Source: an uncultured delta proteobacterium (GTDB lineage Bacteria; Desulfobacterota; Binatia; Binatales; Binataceae). From it: a stretch of 64,000 bases of DNA. Shown piece by piece: positions 1-9,796 of this stretch. The stretch covers positions 1,696,001 to 1,760,000 of the forward strand of contig CAVXXK010000001.1 in NCBI GenBank assembly GCA_963765675.1, written 5' to 3'. Under the pieces are notes generated by a model. That model saw only the letters and a list, made by a program, of their open reading frames with translations, did no database searches and was not told where the DNA came from. Numbering within the stretch: the first letter of the stretch is position 1; every line of letters starts with the position of its first letter. The position numbers and the translations under genes were made by a program.

Positions 1-1244
1 AGGAAAATCCGCAGGCGCGGCCGCGCGCGGTGCTCGCGTTGTGGGCCGGTTTCGGCCTTGCGGCCGGATATTCCGTCGCGATTCGTCCCACCAATGCGAC
101 TTTGCTCGTCGGACTTGCTCTTGCCTTTGTGATGGTGCGGCCGCCGCGCACGAAAATCGCGGAGTTAACGAAGCCGATCGCGGCATTCGCGGTTGCGTTC
201 GCGATTCCCGTCGTCTGGCTCTTGCGCATCAACTCGGTCTATCTCGGCGGCGCGCTGCGCAGCGGATATGCGTGGTGGGTGAAAGAGGTCTATGGCGCCG
301 GCGGCACCGGCTTTTCGATCGCGTATCTATTCGGACCGACACTGCCGCGAAATCCGCACGGCAACGTGCTGATCTACGTGAGCGCGCTGCTCGGTGTCGA
401 CGGGATGCTGGGTGACCGCGGCGATGCGCGCTACTTTCTGTATCCATTCGCGGCGGCCGTCTTCGCGATTATCGGGATCGTCGCGATCGTTCGCTCACCG
501 GCTCCTCGCGCGGCGCGGCGCGTCGTATGGCTTGGCCTGGGATTTCTGGTCGCGCTATTCGCGATCTACATCTTCCACGTTTTCACCGACGTGGTGTTCC
601 TTCTGCCCGGGACTTTCGTGTTGTTTATCGGCGCAGGCTACGGCGCGGCGCTTGCGAATCGGCGGATGCGCGCGACGCTGGCGTTGCGTCGCAAGACCTC
701 GCGCGAGACCGCAGGAGCGATCGGCGTAATCATCCTCGACGCGCTCCTGCTGATCGCGGTCGGCGGCGATGTCGTCGCAAGGCTGTCGTCGCCGCCGATC
801 GCATCGCCGATCGTCGCGGCGTTCGAGCAGGTTGACGCGCGGATTCCGCCCGACGCCACGATCGCGAGCAACATCTCGCTCCAATTTCTGCGACTTTACA
901 TCCCGGGAAGTGATCGCCAGTTCATCGGGCTCAGCTCGTCCGATCCCGGTGAGAGTTTCACCGATTACCATCTGAGTCGCCTGTTCGTGAAACGAACCCA
1001 AGGATGGACCGGTCCGATTCCGCCCACGATATTCGTCGGCGGTTCGGTATCGGCACCGGCCGAAAAACTGCTCACCACGAAAGCGCGAGCAAGCGGCGGC
1101 GCCTACCTGCTGCTATGCGCTCCCGAGTCGAGCGAGTACGCCACCGTGCTCAAGGACGAAATGGCAAAGCTCGGCGCCGCCTTCACGATGACCCCGCTAT
1201 TCGAGGACCGCTCTCTCGCTCTATTTCGTCTTATTTCTCGTTAA
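1..1244 (+). CDS. Polytopic membrane protein, possible GT-C (PMT/ArnT-like) glycosyltransferase; 5' end outside window
   Basis: ORF 30..1244 probably continues upstream; many TM segments, 'AIRPTN' motif, soluble C-terminal domain typical of GT-C folds. Confidence 0.5.
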   Translation, partial: ENPQARPRAVLALWAGFGLAAGYSVAIRPTNATLLVGLALAFVMVRPPRTKIAELTKPIAAFAVAFAIPVVWLLRINSVYLGGALRSGYAWWVKEVYGAGGTGFSIAYLFGPTLPRNPHGNVLIYVSALLGVDGMLGDRGDARYFLYPFAAAVFAIIGIVAIVRSPAPRAARRVVWLGLGFLVALFAIYIFHVFTDVVFLLPGTFVLFIGAGYGAALANRRMRATLALRRKTSRETAGAIGVIILDALLLIAVGGDVVARLSSPPIASPIVAAFEQVDARIPPDATIASNISLQFLRLYIPGSDRQFIGLSSSDPGESFTDYHLSRLFVKRTQGWTGPIPPTIFVGGSVSAPAEKLLTTKARASGGAYLLLCAPESSEYATVLKDEMAKLGAAFTMTPLFEDRSLALFRLISR

Positions 1245-1337
1245 TTTAGCTATCTATCTCTTTGTTATGACCGCGACGTCTCATCGCTGGCGACACAGCT
1301 TTGTTACAATCAGTCTAATCGACTTATAATAGATTGT

Positions 1338-1367
1338 TTGACAAAAATGCATGTTTCGAGAGATAAT
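1338..1367 (+). promoter_or_regulatory. Putative sigma70 promoter
   Basis: TTGACA-N18-GATAAT in an AT-rich intergenic region upstream of the 1408 gene. Confidence 0.45.
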
Positions 1368-1407
1368 CTGCGCAAAATTTGCACTTTATGACGGAGGAGG
1401 GACCAAG

Positions 1408-1956
1408 ATGTACAAAATCATCAAAGGTTCTATGTTAATCGCAGCCACCGCAGTCTTGATGATCGGGCTGATCGCTGGCTCGGCGCGCATTACGCGTGCG
1501 CAGGACACGAACGTGCAGGATGAATCAGGTGCGCATGGAACCGCTGCGGGGAATTCCGCAATTCAACCCGACGCGAAGGTTCCACCAATCGCTGTGGGCG
1601 GATGCTGGGACGGCAGCAGTATCGATGGCAGCCTGAATGATCAGAGCGTCGGACCCGGCGCCGGCTGGATTGGAATCGTTCAGCACCAGAAGGAAATCAA
1701 GGGCGGCAAAAAGGGCAGCTTCTACAGCTTTGTGTGGGATAACGAAGACTTTGCACAGGGAACCTTGTCCGGCAAGGCGAGCGCCACTGGATTTGTTGCC
1801 ACGGGGCTCGCGGGCGGAAAATGCCGGGTGAAGCTGATTGGCAGCTTGACCAACGCTGGCCACGACATTTCCGGGACCTACGCTTTCATTCATTGCGGAA
1901 GCTTCGACAATCACGTCGGGACTTTCGACTTTCCCTCTGATCCGTCTGGCTGCTGA
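1408..1956 (+). CDS. Secreted hypothetical protein, paralog of 2218..2751
   Basis: RBS GGAGGAGG before ATG 1408; signal peptide; GCW..G and GTFDF..C motifs shared with neighbour. Confidence 0.8.
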   Translation: MYKIIKGSMLIAATAVLMIGLIAGSARITRAQDTNVQDESGAHGTAAGNSAIQPDAKVPPIAVGGCWDGSSIDGSLNDQSVGPGAGWIGIVQHQKEIKGGKKGSFYSFVWDNEDFAQGTLSGKASATGFVATGLAGGKCRVKLIGSLTNAGHDISGTYAFIHCGSFDNHVGTFDFPSDPSGC

Positions 1957-2157
1957 ACTATGGTTTCGCCGAGCGGAGCAAATGCCCTCGTGAGCGAACA
2001 ATATGAGTCAGGGGGGTGCGAGCGCCGGATGGCGCCCGCCTTCTCGTCTGACGCCAGGGTGGCTGCCACGACGCGACACAGGAACGTGAATATTCCCTCC
2101 AAAGATCTCAGGCATCGCCACTTACCGTCTGGCGCGCGCGGTGCAAGGGGGACCACT

Positions 2158-2186
2158 TTGACATAGCGTAATGCTCTGTGTAGCGT
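2158..2186 (+). promoter_or_regulatory. Putative sigma70 promoter
   Basis: TTGACA-N17-TAGCGT upstream of RBS AGGAGG of the 2218 gene. Confidence 0.45.
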
Positions 2187-2217
2187 TACCGCATCTCAGG
2201 AGGCCGGAGACTACCAA

Positions 2218-2751
2218 ATGCGCGAATATAGACGAATGATCTCCACGATTGCTGGCGTCGCCGCATTGGCGGCGGTGATTGCAGGATCGGCGTGTCTGGC
2301 ATACGCCCAAGAATCCAATTCACAGGCGACCGGCTGGACGCCTCCGAATTTCGCTTCCAGCCCTTCCAGCCTGCCGGAGCCCGAAGTAAAGACGCCGCTG
2401 GATGTTGCGGGATGCTGGAGCGGCGCCATCGACGACGACAAGGCCGGCGAGGGTACGGGGTTTCTCTTTTTCGTTCAAGAAGGAACCAAGCTCGTCAATG
2501 GGACTGAAGCCGGCTTCTCCATCCCCGGCTTAGGATCGACGGGCGGTCGTCCTCTGACCGGCCATGTCACGAGCAAGTCCTTCTTGACCAGTTTCAAAAA
2601 CAAGCAGTGCAGCGTAAGTGTTCGCGGCAGGATTGTATCGGGAGATCTCACCGGCACTTATAACATCGGCAAGAAATGTTTAGGTGACACCTCGTTCAAG
2701 GGTACTTTTGATTTTACTTTCGACGCGACCGGAAATTCCTGCAACAACTGA
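2218..2751 (+). CDS. Secreted hypothetical protein, paralog of 1408..1956
   Basis: RBS AGGAGG; signal peptide ending AYA; four Cys aligned with paralog. Confidence 0.8.
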   Translation: MREYRRMISTIAGVAALAAVIAGSACLAYAQESNSQATGWTPPNFASSPSSLPEPEVKTPLDVAGCWSGAIDDDKAGEGTGFLFFVQEGTKLVNGTEAGFSIPGLGSTGGRPLTGHVTSKSFLTSFKNKQCSVSVRGRIVSGDLTGTYNIGKKCLGDTSFKGTFDFTFDATGNSCNN

Positions 2752-2771
2752 CCAGTTTCCCGGGCAAGCGG

Positions 2772-3719
2772 CTAGAAATAGAGCAGGACGATATCGGTCG
2801 CGATCCAGAGCAGGACCGCCAGTAACAGGGGGCGGTCGCGCACCAATAGGCGGGCTGGGTCGCCGCCTTCGTCGCGTTCGTCGATTAGGTACAGGTAGCG
2901 GAGAATTCCGAACGCGACGAATGGCACCGTCAGGGCGAGGCGATGCGTTCCGAGCTTGGCTTCGACCTCCGCCGACGCGGTGTAAATCATGTAGCTGACG
3001 AGCGTCGCGCCCGCGAGGATCGCGATCATCTGGTCGACCAGCCGGATGCTGTATTGCGATAGCGCGCCGCGATGCGCCGCGGCTCCGTCGCCGAGTACTA
3101 CCAGCTCATGCCGGCGCCGCCCCAGTACGAGCAGCATCGCCAGCTCGAAAGTGATGAATGCGAGCCACGGCGATACTTGCGCGTCGATCGCGACCCCGCC
3201 TGCGAACGCGCGCAAAACGAAGCCAATCGCCACCACGATCACGTCGAGCACGACGTACTGCTTGGCCCACAGCGAATAGCCGAACTGAAGCGCGATGTAG
3301 AGTGCGGCAATTCCCAGGAAATCGAGTCCGAGCGCGAGACTCAGCAGCATCGCAATCGCGCCGAGTACGACAGCGAAACCGGCCGCTTCGGTGACGCCGA
3401 GGTCTCTGCGCGCCAGCGGCCGGTCGCGCTTTTCCGGGTTGAAGCGATCAGCTTCGCGATCGAAAATATCGTTCAGCACGTATGCGAGGCTCGAAAGCGC
3501 GCAAAATGCTACCAACGCGACCACGGCCAGAATCGTGTCATGCAGGACAAACAGCCGATGGCTGAAGACCAGGGCCGCGAGCACCAGGCCGTTTTTGATC
3601 CACTGCCATGGGCGCGCGAGCATCAGCAGCGCGAATGCTCTGCCGCGCTTGGCGACGCTCTTGGCGACGACGGTATCGGCGGCCTTCGCGATCGAAGCTG
3701 TGGGCATCGCGAGGCTCAA
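2772..3719 (-). CDS. UbiA-family prenyltransferase, decaprenyl-phosphate phosphoribosyltransferase-like
   Basis: RPWQWIKN, YVLNDIFDREADRFNPEKRDRPLA, YSLWAKQ, GRRRHEL motifs of the DPPR synthase subfamily. Confidence 0.85.
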   Translation of the reverse strand: MSLAMPTASIAKAADTVVAKSVAKRGRAFALLMLARPWQWIKNGLVLAALVFSHRLFVLHDTILAVVALVAFCALSSLAYVLNDIFDREADRFNPEKRDRPLARRDLGVTEAAGFAVVLGAIAMLLSLALGLDFLGIAALYIALQFGYSLWAKQYVVLDVIVVAIGFVLRAFAGGVAIDAQVSPWLAFITFELAMLLVLGRRRHELVVLGDGAAAHRGALSQYSIRLVDQMIAILAGATLVSYMIYTASAEVEAKLGTHRLALTVPFVAFGILRYLYLIDERDEGGDPARLLVRDRPLLLAVLLWIATDIVLLYF

Positions 3720-5486
3720 TAAATTCCACGCTCTGGCGCGAGCGTCACCGTCTGGCCGATCGCGGGCGGCGTCCAGGGGACGTAAACGCCATCGTGCCAG
3801 CGCATCCAGCGCAGCGAAGAATCCTCGAGCGGCACCGAGAACTTGTACAGCACCTGCTCGGGGTCACCATGCGCATCCAGCGCCTCAACCACGACTGAGA
3901 ACCCCGGCAGCTCCACCTGCTGCCCAATCGAAAAGTGATCGTTCGGGCTGCGGATGAAAGCGGCTAAACGTTGACGGGAAGAACCCGGCCGGAAAGCGCA
4001 CGCGAAGCGACTGCGGATCGACGCGCGTAATTTCGAGCGCGGCTCCCGCCGAGAGCGCCCTGATCCGCCGAGGCGACGGCAGTCCTTCGAGTTGCTTCAC
4101 AGTCGATATCGCGGTGACGAGATAGATGTGCTCGGGCGGATTTACCAGGACCAGGGTCTGCGATGCGATCGCCGGGTCGTTCGGCACGCTCGCGATCGCG
4201 TGCAGCATCCGCGCGCTCACCTTATCCTGGTATTTCATTCGCATGAGCCCGAGCGGCGGCGCGGCGAGCAGATGAAGCGGCAGCAGCACGATCACCGCCG
4301 CTTGCGCGAATCTCGTCCAAATCCGCGACGCGGGTACGGCGGATACGCGCGCGAAGGCTGCTTGCGTCAATTGCGCGAGCAAACCCATCGAACCCAGGCC
4401 CACGAAACTCAACAAGCGATTCTCGGGGCCGATCGCCGCGATCGGCACCATCGACAGTAGCACGCCCACGCACCAGAACCCCGTCATCCGATCGCGTATC
4501 GCCAGCGGAATGAAAAGCGCCGCCAGGATCGCGACGACGATCACGCCGAAGATGAGCATATGAATCGCCGCCGGGGAGCCCGGTGCAGAAATCTGACTCA
4601 TTTCCGCAGGGATCGGTGTCCATTGCCCCATCAGCAGAAATGTCACGTGCCGCCATGACGCCGCGGCGAAGCCGAGCGGGTCGCGCAGAGGGTCGATATA
4701 ATAACCGGAACCGCTGGAGCCGAAGTTGCCGAGACGATAGACAATCGCCCACGCGCCGAACACCGCGGTATGCGGCAAGAGCGAACGGATTTTTGTCCAC
4801 AACGTTCCACGTTCGAGAATCAGCGCGTATGCGAACAGGTAGGCCGCGGTCGCGACCCCCTCCTCACTGGCCGACAGGGCCAGCGCAAGCAGGAAGAGGC
4901 TCAGCCACAGATCCCATTGCCGTCGATGTTCTCTCCATCGGACAAAGGTCAGGAGGCTCAGGAATCCGAAGCAGCAGGCGATGAGCGCATTGCGATTCGC
5001 GAGGTACTCCACCGGAATCACGTGCGCACTGTCGAGCGCATAGAGAAGCGCCGCCAGTCCTGCTACCCAGGTCGCGCCCAACACTTCGCGGTAGAGCAGC
5101 GCGGCAGCGAAGACCGCAGCAGCGAACCACAGCAGACTGTGCAGATGCATCAGGGCGGGATGGTTGGGCCACAGGCGATAATCGAGCATGGCGGTGAGCG
5201 TGCTCGTGTAGCGCAGGAACGCCAGATGCAGGTTGAGCGAACCCCACCAGGGCATCGAGCCGAAATCCATCTGCCTCAGGTTGTGCGCGCGATCGATGTA
5301 TTGGACAAACATATCAATCGGCCTCGAATCGCCGTGACCGAGTATCGTGGCGCGCTGAAAATAATCGTCGAACTGCCAGCCTGCGCCGAGCGCCGGGAGC
5401 ATCACCAGCGCCGCGAGGACCGCGGTGATCAGCGGAAACCAGCGATACTTCAAAGCTACCTCGATCGCGGCCGCCGCGCGCCGCAT
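3716..5486 (-). CDS. GT-C-like membrane protein (TMTC/DUF1736-like); +1 frameshift near 3958
   Basis: FDDY motif after first TM, 'HVIPVEYLANRNAL' segment; removing one T of a T3 run joins ORF 3885..5564 to ORF 3716..3916; stop overlaps UbiA start. Confidence 0.65.
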
Positions 5487-5533
5487 CGCCTTTGAGCCTG
5501 CCTCTTCTTGTTGATTAAGGTCCAGCATAATAT

Positions 5534-5569
5534 TATAGTTAACTATAGATATAGGGTTAACCATGTCAA
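5534..5569 (-). promoter_or_regulatory. Promoter with overlapping palindromic operator, probably bound by the adjacent TetR
   Basis: TTGACA-N16-TATAGT on minus strand; perfect palindrome TATAGTTAACTATA 5534..5547 and a second GGTTAACC core at 5555..5562. Confidence 0.6.
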
Positions 5570-5668
5570 TGCAGTCAAACGCCTGCGGCTCCGATTCGCC
5601 GCCCGCGATGCGGCGTAGCGGCGCGCGGGAATTTCTTTCGCCGCTATTGCCGTGTAAGTCATAGGGCG

Positions 5669-6364
5669 ATGGGTTTGCGCGAAGAAAAGAAGGCGGAGCA
5701 GCGCCGCGCGATCCTCGCGGCGGCGACCGCGATGTTCTGCAAGCGCGGCTACGAACAGACCCGCGTCCAGGATATCGTCGCCCGGCTGCGCATCAGCGAG
5801 GCGACGTTTTTCAATTATTTCCCGACCAAGGAAGCGCTGATACAGGAGTTTGCCCTCGAGCAGCTCGATTCCTCGATCGCCACGGTAACGGCCGAGCTCG
5901 AACGCCACGATTCCAGCGTGCCCGACCGCATTCGCAACATCATGGTTGTCGGATGGGCACGCGCATGGGACGCGAACCCCGAATTCCACACGCTGGTCGC
6001 GACCCACTCCCGGATGATGTCGGGGCCGCAGGGTCCATTGCTGCGCGAAAAGTCAATGCGCCTTTACAGTCTGTACGAGGAACTGTTTTCCGAAGGACAG
6101 CGCCGCGGAGAGATTCGATCCGATCAAAAGGCTTTGTACCTGGCCGAGATGCTTGAGGGCATGGTCATCAAGATCGCCGAGAACTGGATGGTCGGATGGT
6201 GGAAAGGCCGGACCGAGCCGCTCGAAGAGCGTTTCATGAACGCGGTCAACGTCTTTCTCGACGGATGCGCGCCGGCCCGCGGCGGCGCATCGCGATCGGC
6301 GCGCCCGAATATCGCGCTCAAATCCAAAGCGAAGCGCATCAAGCCTCCGATTCGCAGGGCCTAA
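5669..6364 (+). CDS. TetR/AcrR family transcriptional regulator
   Basis: N-terminal HTH 'GYEQTRVQDIVARLRISEATFFNYFPTKEAL'. Confidence 0.92.
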   Translation: MGLREEKKAEQRRAILAAATAMFCKRGYEQTRVQDIVARLRISEATFFNYFPTKEALIQEFALEQLDSSIATVTAELERHDSSVPDRIRNIMVVGWARAWDANPEFHTLVATHSRMMSGPQGPLLREKSMRLYSLYEELFSEGQRRGEIRSDQKALYLAEMLEGMVIKIAENWMVGWWKGRTEPLEERFMNAVNVFLDGCAPARGGASRSARPNIALKSKAKRIKPPIRRA

Positions 6365-6371
6365 GCAAGAG

Positions 6372-7787
6372 TTACAACAGATCGGATTGGGTCTGTGCGT
6401 GAGGGCCGCCCCAGCAGTGGCGCGTTAACGCGTAGGCGGGCCATACGGTCAGCGACAGCGCGATCGCGATCATGAAGTCGCGCTGACCGCTGCCCGTCCC
6501 GAGCGCGAGCGCGAAGGTCGCGATCCACGTGACCAGCGGCAGCGCCGCCGCGAGCCACAAGCCAGCCCCGCCGCCGCCGATCGTGAACATCCCATCGCGA
6601 TTCGGGGCGAGAGAGCGCAGCCGCACCAGCGACACCATTTCGAGCGCGAGCGCCGCCATGTAGAAAAATACGTCGAGCACCACCAGTGCCACGAAGCCGA
6701 GCGGAATCAGCAGCGTAAAGACTACGCAGGAAGCGAGGATCGCCTTGACCGGCGTCGCGGTCGTGCTCCAGATGTCGCGCAGCGGCGCCGGCAGATAACC
6801 CTCGCGCGCCAGCACAAACGGCATCCGCGAGACCCATAGCATCGCGGCCTCGAACACCGCGAATGCCATCACGCTGCCACCGATCGCGAGAGCGCCGCCG
6901 AGGAGCGGCCCGCCCAGGCGCGCGCCCTGCTGCGCGAACGATCCTTCGTGCCAATTCGCTGCGCCGGTCGCGCCCGACAGGCAGACGGCCAGCGGCAGCA
7001 GGTACCCGGCAACGATAATCGGCAGGGCGACGGCGATCGCGCGGATATAGTTGCGCCGCGGATTCTCGATCTCGGCCGAGACCACGCTCAGGTTTTCCCA
7101 TCCGCCGAAATTCCAGATGACCACGATCAGCGCCGCGCCAAGCGCACCCATCGGATCGGCGCCAAACAACGGCGCGGTCGGCATCGTGAAGTGCGCGATC
7201 TTCCCGAATCCCAAAATCACCATGGCGACGAACGGCGCGATCAGGATTATCGCGAGCGCAATCGACGCCTCGCCGACCGGACGCACGCCAGCGATATTCA
7301 GCAGTCCCGAGAGCCACACCACGCCAATCCCGATCGCGACTTGCCCGAGCGGTCCGACCGGCACGATGAACGACAGGTACGCGGCGAATAAAACCGGATA
7401 GATCGCCATGTCCACCGCGGTGTAGAGAATCGTCAGGTAGGCCTCGGCGAAGCCGGCGAACGGGCCCAGCGCGCGCTTGACCCAGAAGTAGAATCCGCCC
7501 TCCAGCGGCATCAGCGCCGTCAGCTCTCCCGCCATCAGCGCCGTCGGCAGCGAGAGCGTCAGCGGCACCACGATGCATAGAAGCAGCACCAGCTTGGGTC
7601 CTCCGGCGCTGACCGCGTCTTCAAGGCCGTAGGCGCCGCCCGAGACCACCAGGTACATCAGGCAGACGAGGGCGGGCAGTCCGAGCGCGCGCCGCGGCAT
7701 CCGGATGCTATTGCGAGGGGCGGGAGCGGCGGAAACCTCGCGCGGCGCCGGTCGTAGTTCTTGTGGTGATTCTTCGTGAATCGGCAA
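6372..7787 (-). CDS. APC family amino acid/polyamine permease (start uncertain: 7787 TTG or 7700 ATG)
   Basis: SGGAYGLED, GGFYFWV, WNFGGWEN, EIENPRRN motifs; about 12 TM. Confidence 0.88.
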   Translation of the reverse strand: MPIHEESPQELRPAPREVSAAPAPRNSIRMPRRALGLPALVCLMYLVVSGGAYGLEDAVSAGGPKLVLLLCIVVPLTLSLPTALMAGELTALMPLEGGFYFWVKRALGPFAGFAEAYLTILYTAVDMAIYPVLFAAYLSFIVPVGPLGQVAIGIGVVWLSGLLNIAGVRPVGEASIALAIILIAPFVAMVILGFGKIAHFTMPTAPLFGADPMGALGAALIVVIWNFGGWENLSVVSAEIENPRRNYIRAIAVALPIIVAGYLLPLAVCLSGATGAANWHEGSFAQQGARLGGPLLGGALAIGGSVMAFAVFEAAMLWVSRMPFVLAREGYLPAPLRDIWSTTATPVKAILASCVVFTLLIPLGFVALVVLDVFFYMAALALEMVSLVRLRSLAPNRDGMFTIGGGGAGLWLAAALPLVTWIATFALALGTGSGQRDFMIAIALSLTVWPAYALTRHCWGGPHAQTQSDLL

Positions 7788-8023
7788 CGTGGTTCTCAGC
7801 GGCAATTCATAATTGCAACGCAGCGGATTGGCTGTATCGGAGCGAGGCCCGCGCGGCAAGCGGCCGATTTCGCGCCGACCGGCCTTTATGCGGTCGCATC
7901 CTTGGCCGCATAGCATATAATATGAAAGTTGTTCAGGGGCGCTGCGGCGCGACCCCATACGTTGACGATCAGCAATCCGTGGTGTTAGCTCTCGTGAATA
8001 TTTTCCAAACCCCTCTTCTCCAC

Positions 8024-9796
8024 ATGAATAGGACTTTCAATTACGCGCTCGTTGCGCTGATCGTCTGCGTTGTGGCGGCCGCCGGATGCGACCAGATACG
8101 GGAGTTGCGCGGAATGCCGGTGCAGACCGTCAGCAACGCCGGCACCAATCCGTTCGGCGGAGCGCCTGCGGTCGAGATTCCCCCAGACGCGAAAGCGATG
8201 GGCGCGTTCCTGATCGCGGAATACGCCTCCGATGAAGGCGACCATGAAGCCGCTCTCAAGGGCTACGAAGACGCGGTTGCCGCCGATCCTACCAATTCGA
8301 CTTTGCGCGTGCGCCTGGCGACGCTGTACGTGCGCGACGGCCGCCTGAAGGAAGCGCTGACGCAGGTAAACGAAGCGCTCAGATCCAACCCGGATTCGGT
8401 TGACGCGCGCTTGCTCGCCGCCGGAATCAGCGGCGCGCTCGGCGACGACGCCACCGCTGAAGCCGACTACAAGCAGGTCTTGCAGGAAAGCCCGCAGAAT
8501 CAGGAAGCCTATCTCTATCTCGGCACGCTCTACGCCAAGCAGGGCAACTTCGATGAAGCCGAGCAGACTTTTCAGCGTCTGATCGCGCTCGATCCCAATT
8601 CGTTTCTCGGCTACTACTACGCCGGCCGGGTGATGGTGGCGGCGAAGAAATACGACAAGGCCGACTCGTATTACCAGAAGGCGCTCGACCTGAATCCTGA
8701 CTCCGAGCTGGTGATGCTCGATCTGGCGACGCTGCGGATCCTGCAGAACAAGCCCGACGAAGCGACCGCGTACTACAAGAAGATCATCCAGATAAATCCG
8801 AACAACGAGTTCGTGCGCAATCGCCTGGCCGCGGTCTACGTCGGCCAGAAAAAATATGATCAGGCGCTCGGCGAGCTCAAGGAACTCGAAGGAATCCAGA
8901 CCAATCCTGTCGATACCCGAACCAAGATCGGGCTGCTCTATTTCCGCCGTGGCGATTTCGATCAGGCAGCCACGGAATTTAACCTGGTGCTGGGTTCCGA
9001 GCCCAACAACACCGAGGTTCGCTACTACCTTGGTACCGCCTACACCGAGCTTAACGAGAACGATCGCGCGGTCGATCAGTTCAACAAAATTCCCGACACC
9101 GACGATCATTACATCGAGTCGCGCCTCCAGCTCGCCTACGTTTACGACAAGCAGAACAACTACGATTCCGCGATCGCGGCGCTCAAGCAGGCGCTGGCGA
9201 AAAAACCCGATGACCCCGAGATCCTGGGTTTCCTGATCGGCGTATACCAGGAAAAGAAAGATTATCCCGACGCGATCGGGGTCGCGCGCCAGATGGTCGC
9301 GCTCGATCCCAAGAACGACAAGTATCATTTCACCCTTGGCGCCGTGCTCGATCAGGACAAACAGCGCTCTGACGGGATGGTCGAGATGAAAAAGGCCATC
9401 GACATCAATCCCGCCAACGCGCAGGCGCTCAACTACCTCGGCTACACCTACGCCGAGGAAGGCAGGAACCTCGACGAAGCCGAGAAGCTGATCAAGCGCG
9501 CGCTCGATATCGAGCCCGAAGACGGTTTCTATATCGACAGCCTCGGATGGGTTTACTACCAGAAGGGCAACTATCCGCAGGCGGTCGAACAGCTCGAACG
9601 CGCGGTAAACCTGACCAACAGCGACCCGACTATCACCGAGCACCTGGGAGACGCGTACCGCAAGTTGGGCAAGCTGCAAGCGGCGTCGCGCGAGTATCAG
9701 GACGCGCTCAGGAAATCGCAGGAGCCCGAACAGGTCGCGCGCCTGAAGGACAAGATCCAGGTTCTCGAGAATTCGCAGAATGCCGCCGGGCATTGA
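8024..9796 (+). CDS. Tetratricopeptide-repeat lipoprotein
   Basis: Lipobox AAGC; many TPRs; C-terminal 'ALNYLGY...YIDSLGWVYY...TEHLGDAY' typical of the TPR gene upstream of lolB. Confidence 0.9.
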   Translation: MNRTFNYALVALIVCVVAAAGCDQIRELRGMPVQTVSNAGTNPFGGAPAVEIPPDAKAMGAFLIAEYASDEGDHEAALKGYEDAVAADPTNSTLRVRLATLYVRDGRLKEALTQVNEALRSNPDSVDARLLAAGISGALGDDATAEADYKQVLQESPQNQEAYLYLGTLYAKQGNFDEAEQTFQRLIALDPNSFLGYYYAGRVMVAAKKYDKADSYYQKALDLNPDSELVMLDLATLRILQNKPDEATAYYKKIIQINPNNEFVRNRLAAVYVGQKKYDQALGELKELEGIQTNPVDTRTKIGLLYFRRGDFDQAATEFNLVLGSEPNNTEVRYYLGTAYTELNENDRAVDQFNKIPDTDDHYIESRLQLAYVYDKQNNYDSAIAALKQALAKKPDDPEILGFLIGVYQEKKDYPDAIGVARQMVALDPKNDKYHFTLGAVLDQDKQRSDGMVEMKKAIDINPANAQALNYLGYTYAEEGRNLDEAEKLIKRALDIEPEDGFYIDSLGWVYYQKGNYPQAVEQLERAVNLTNSDPTITEHLGDAYRKLGKLQAASREYQDALRKSQEPEQVARLKDKIQVLENSQNAAGH

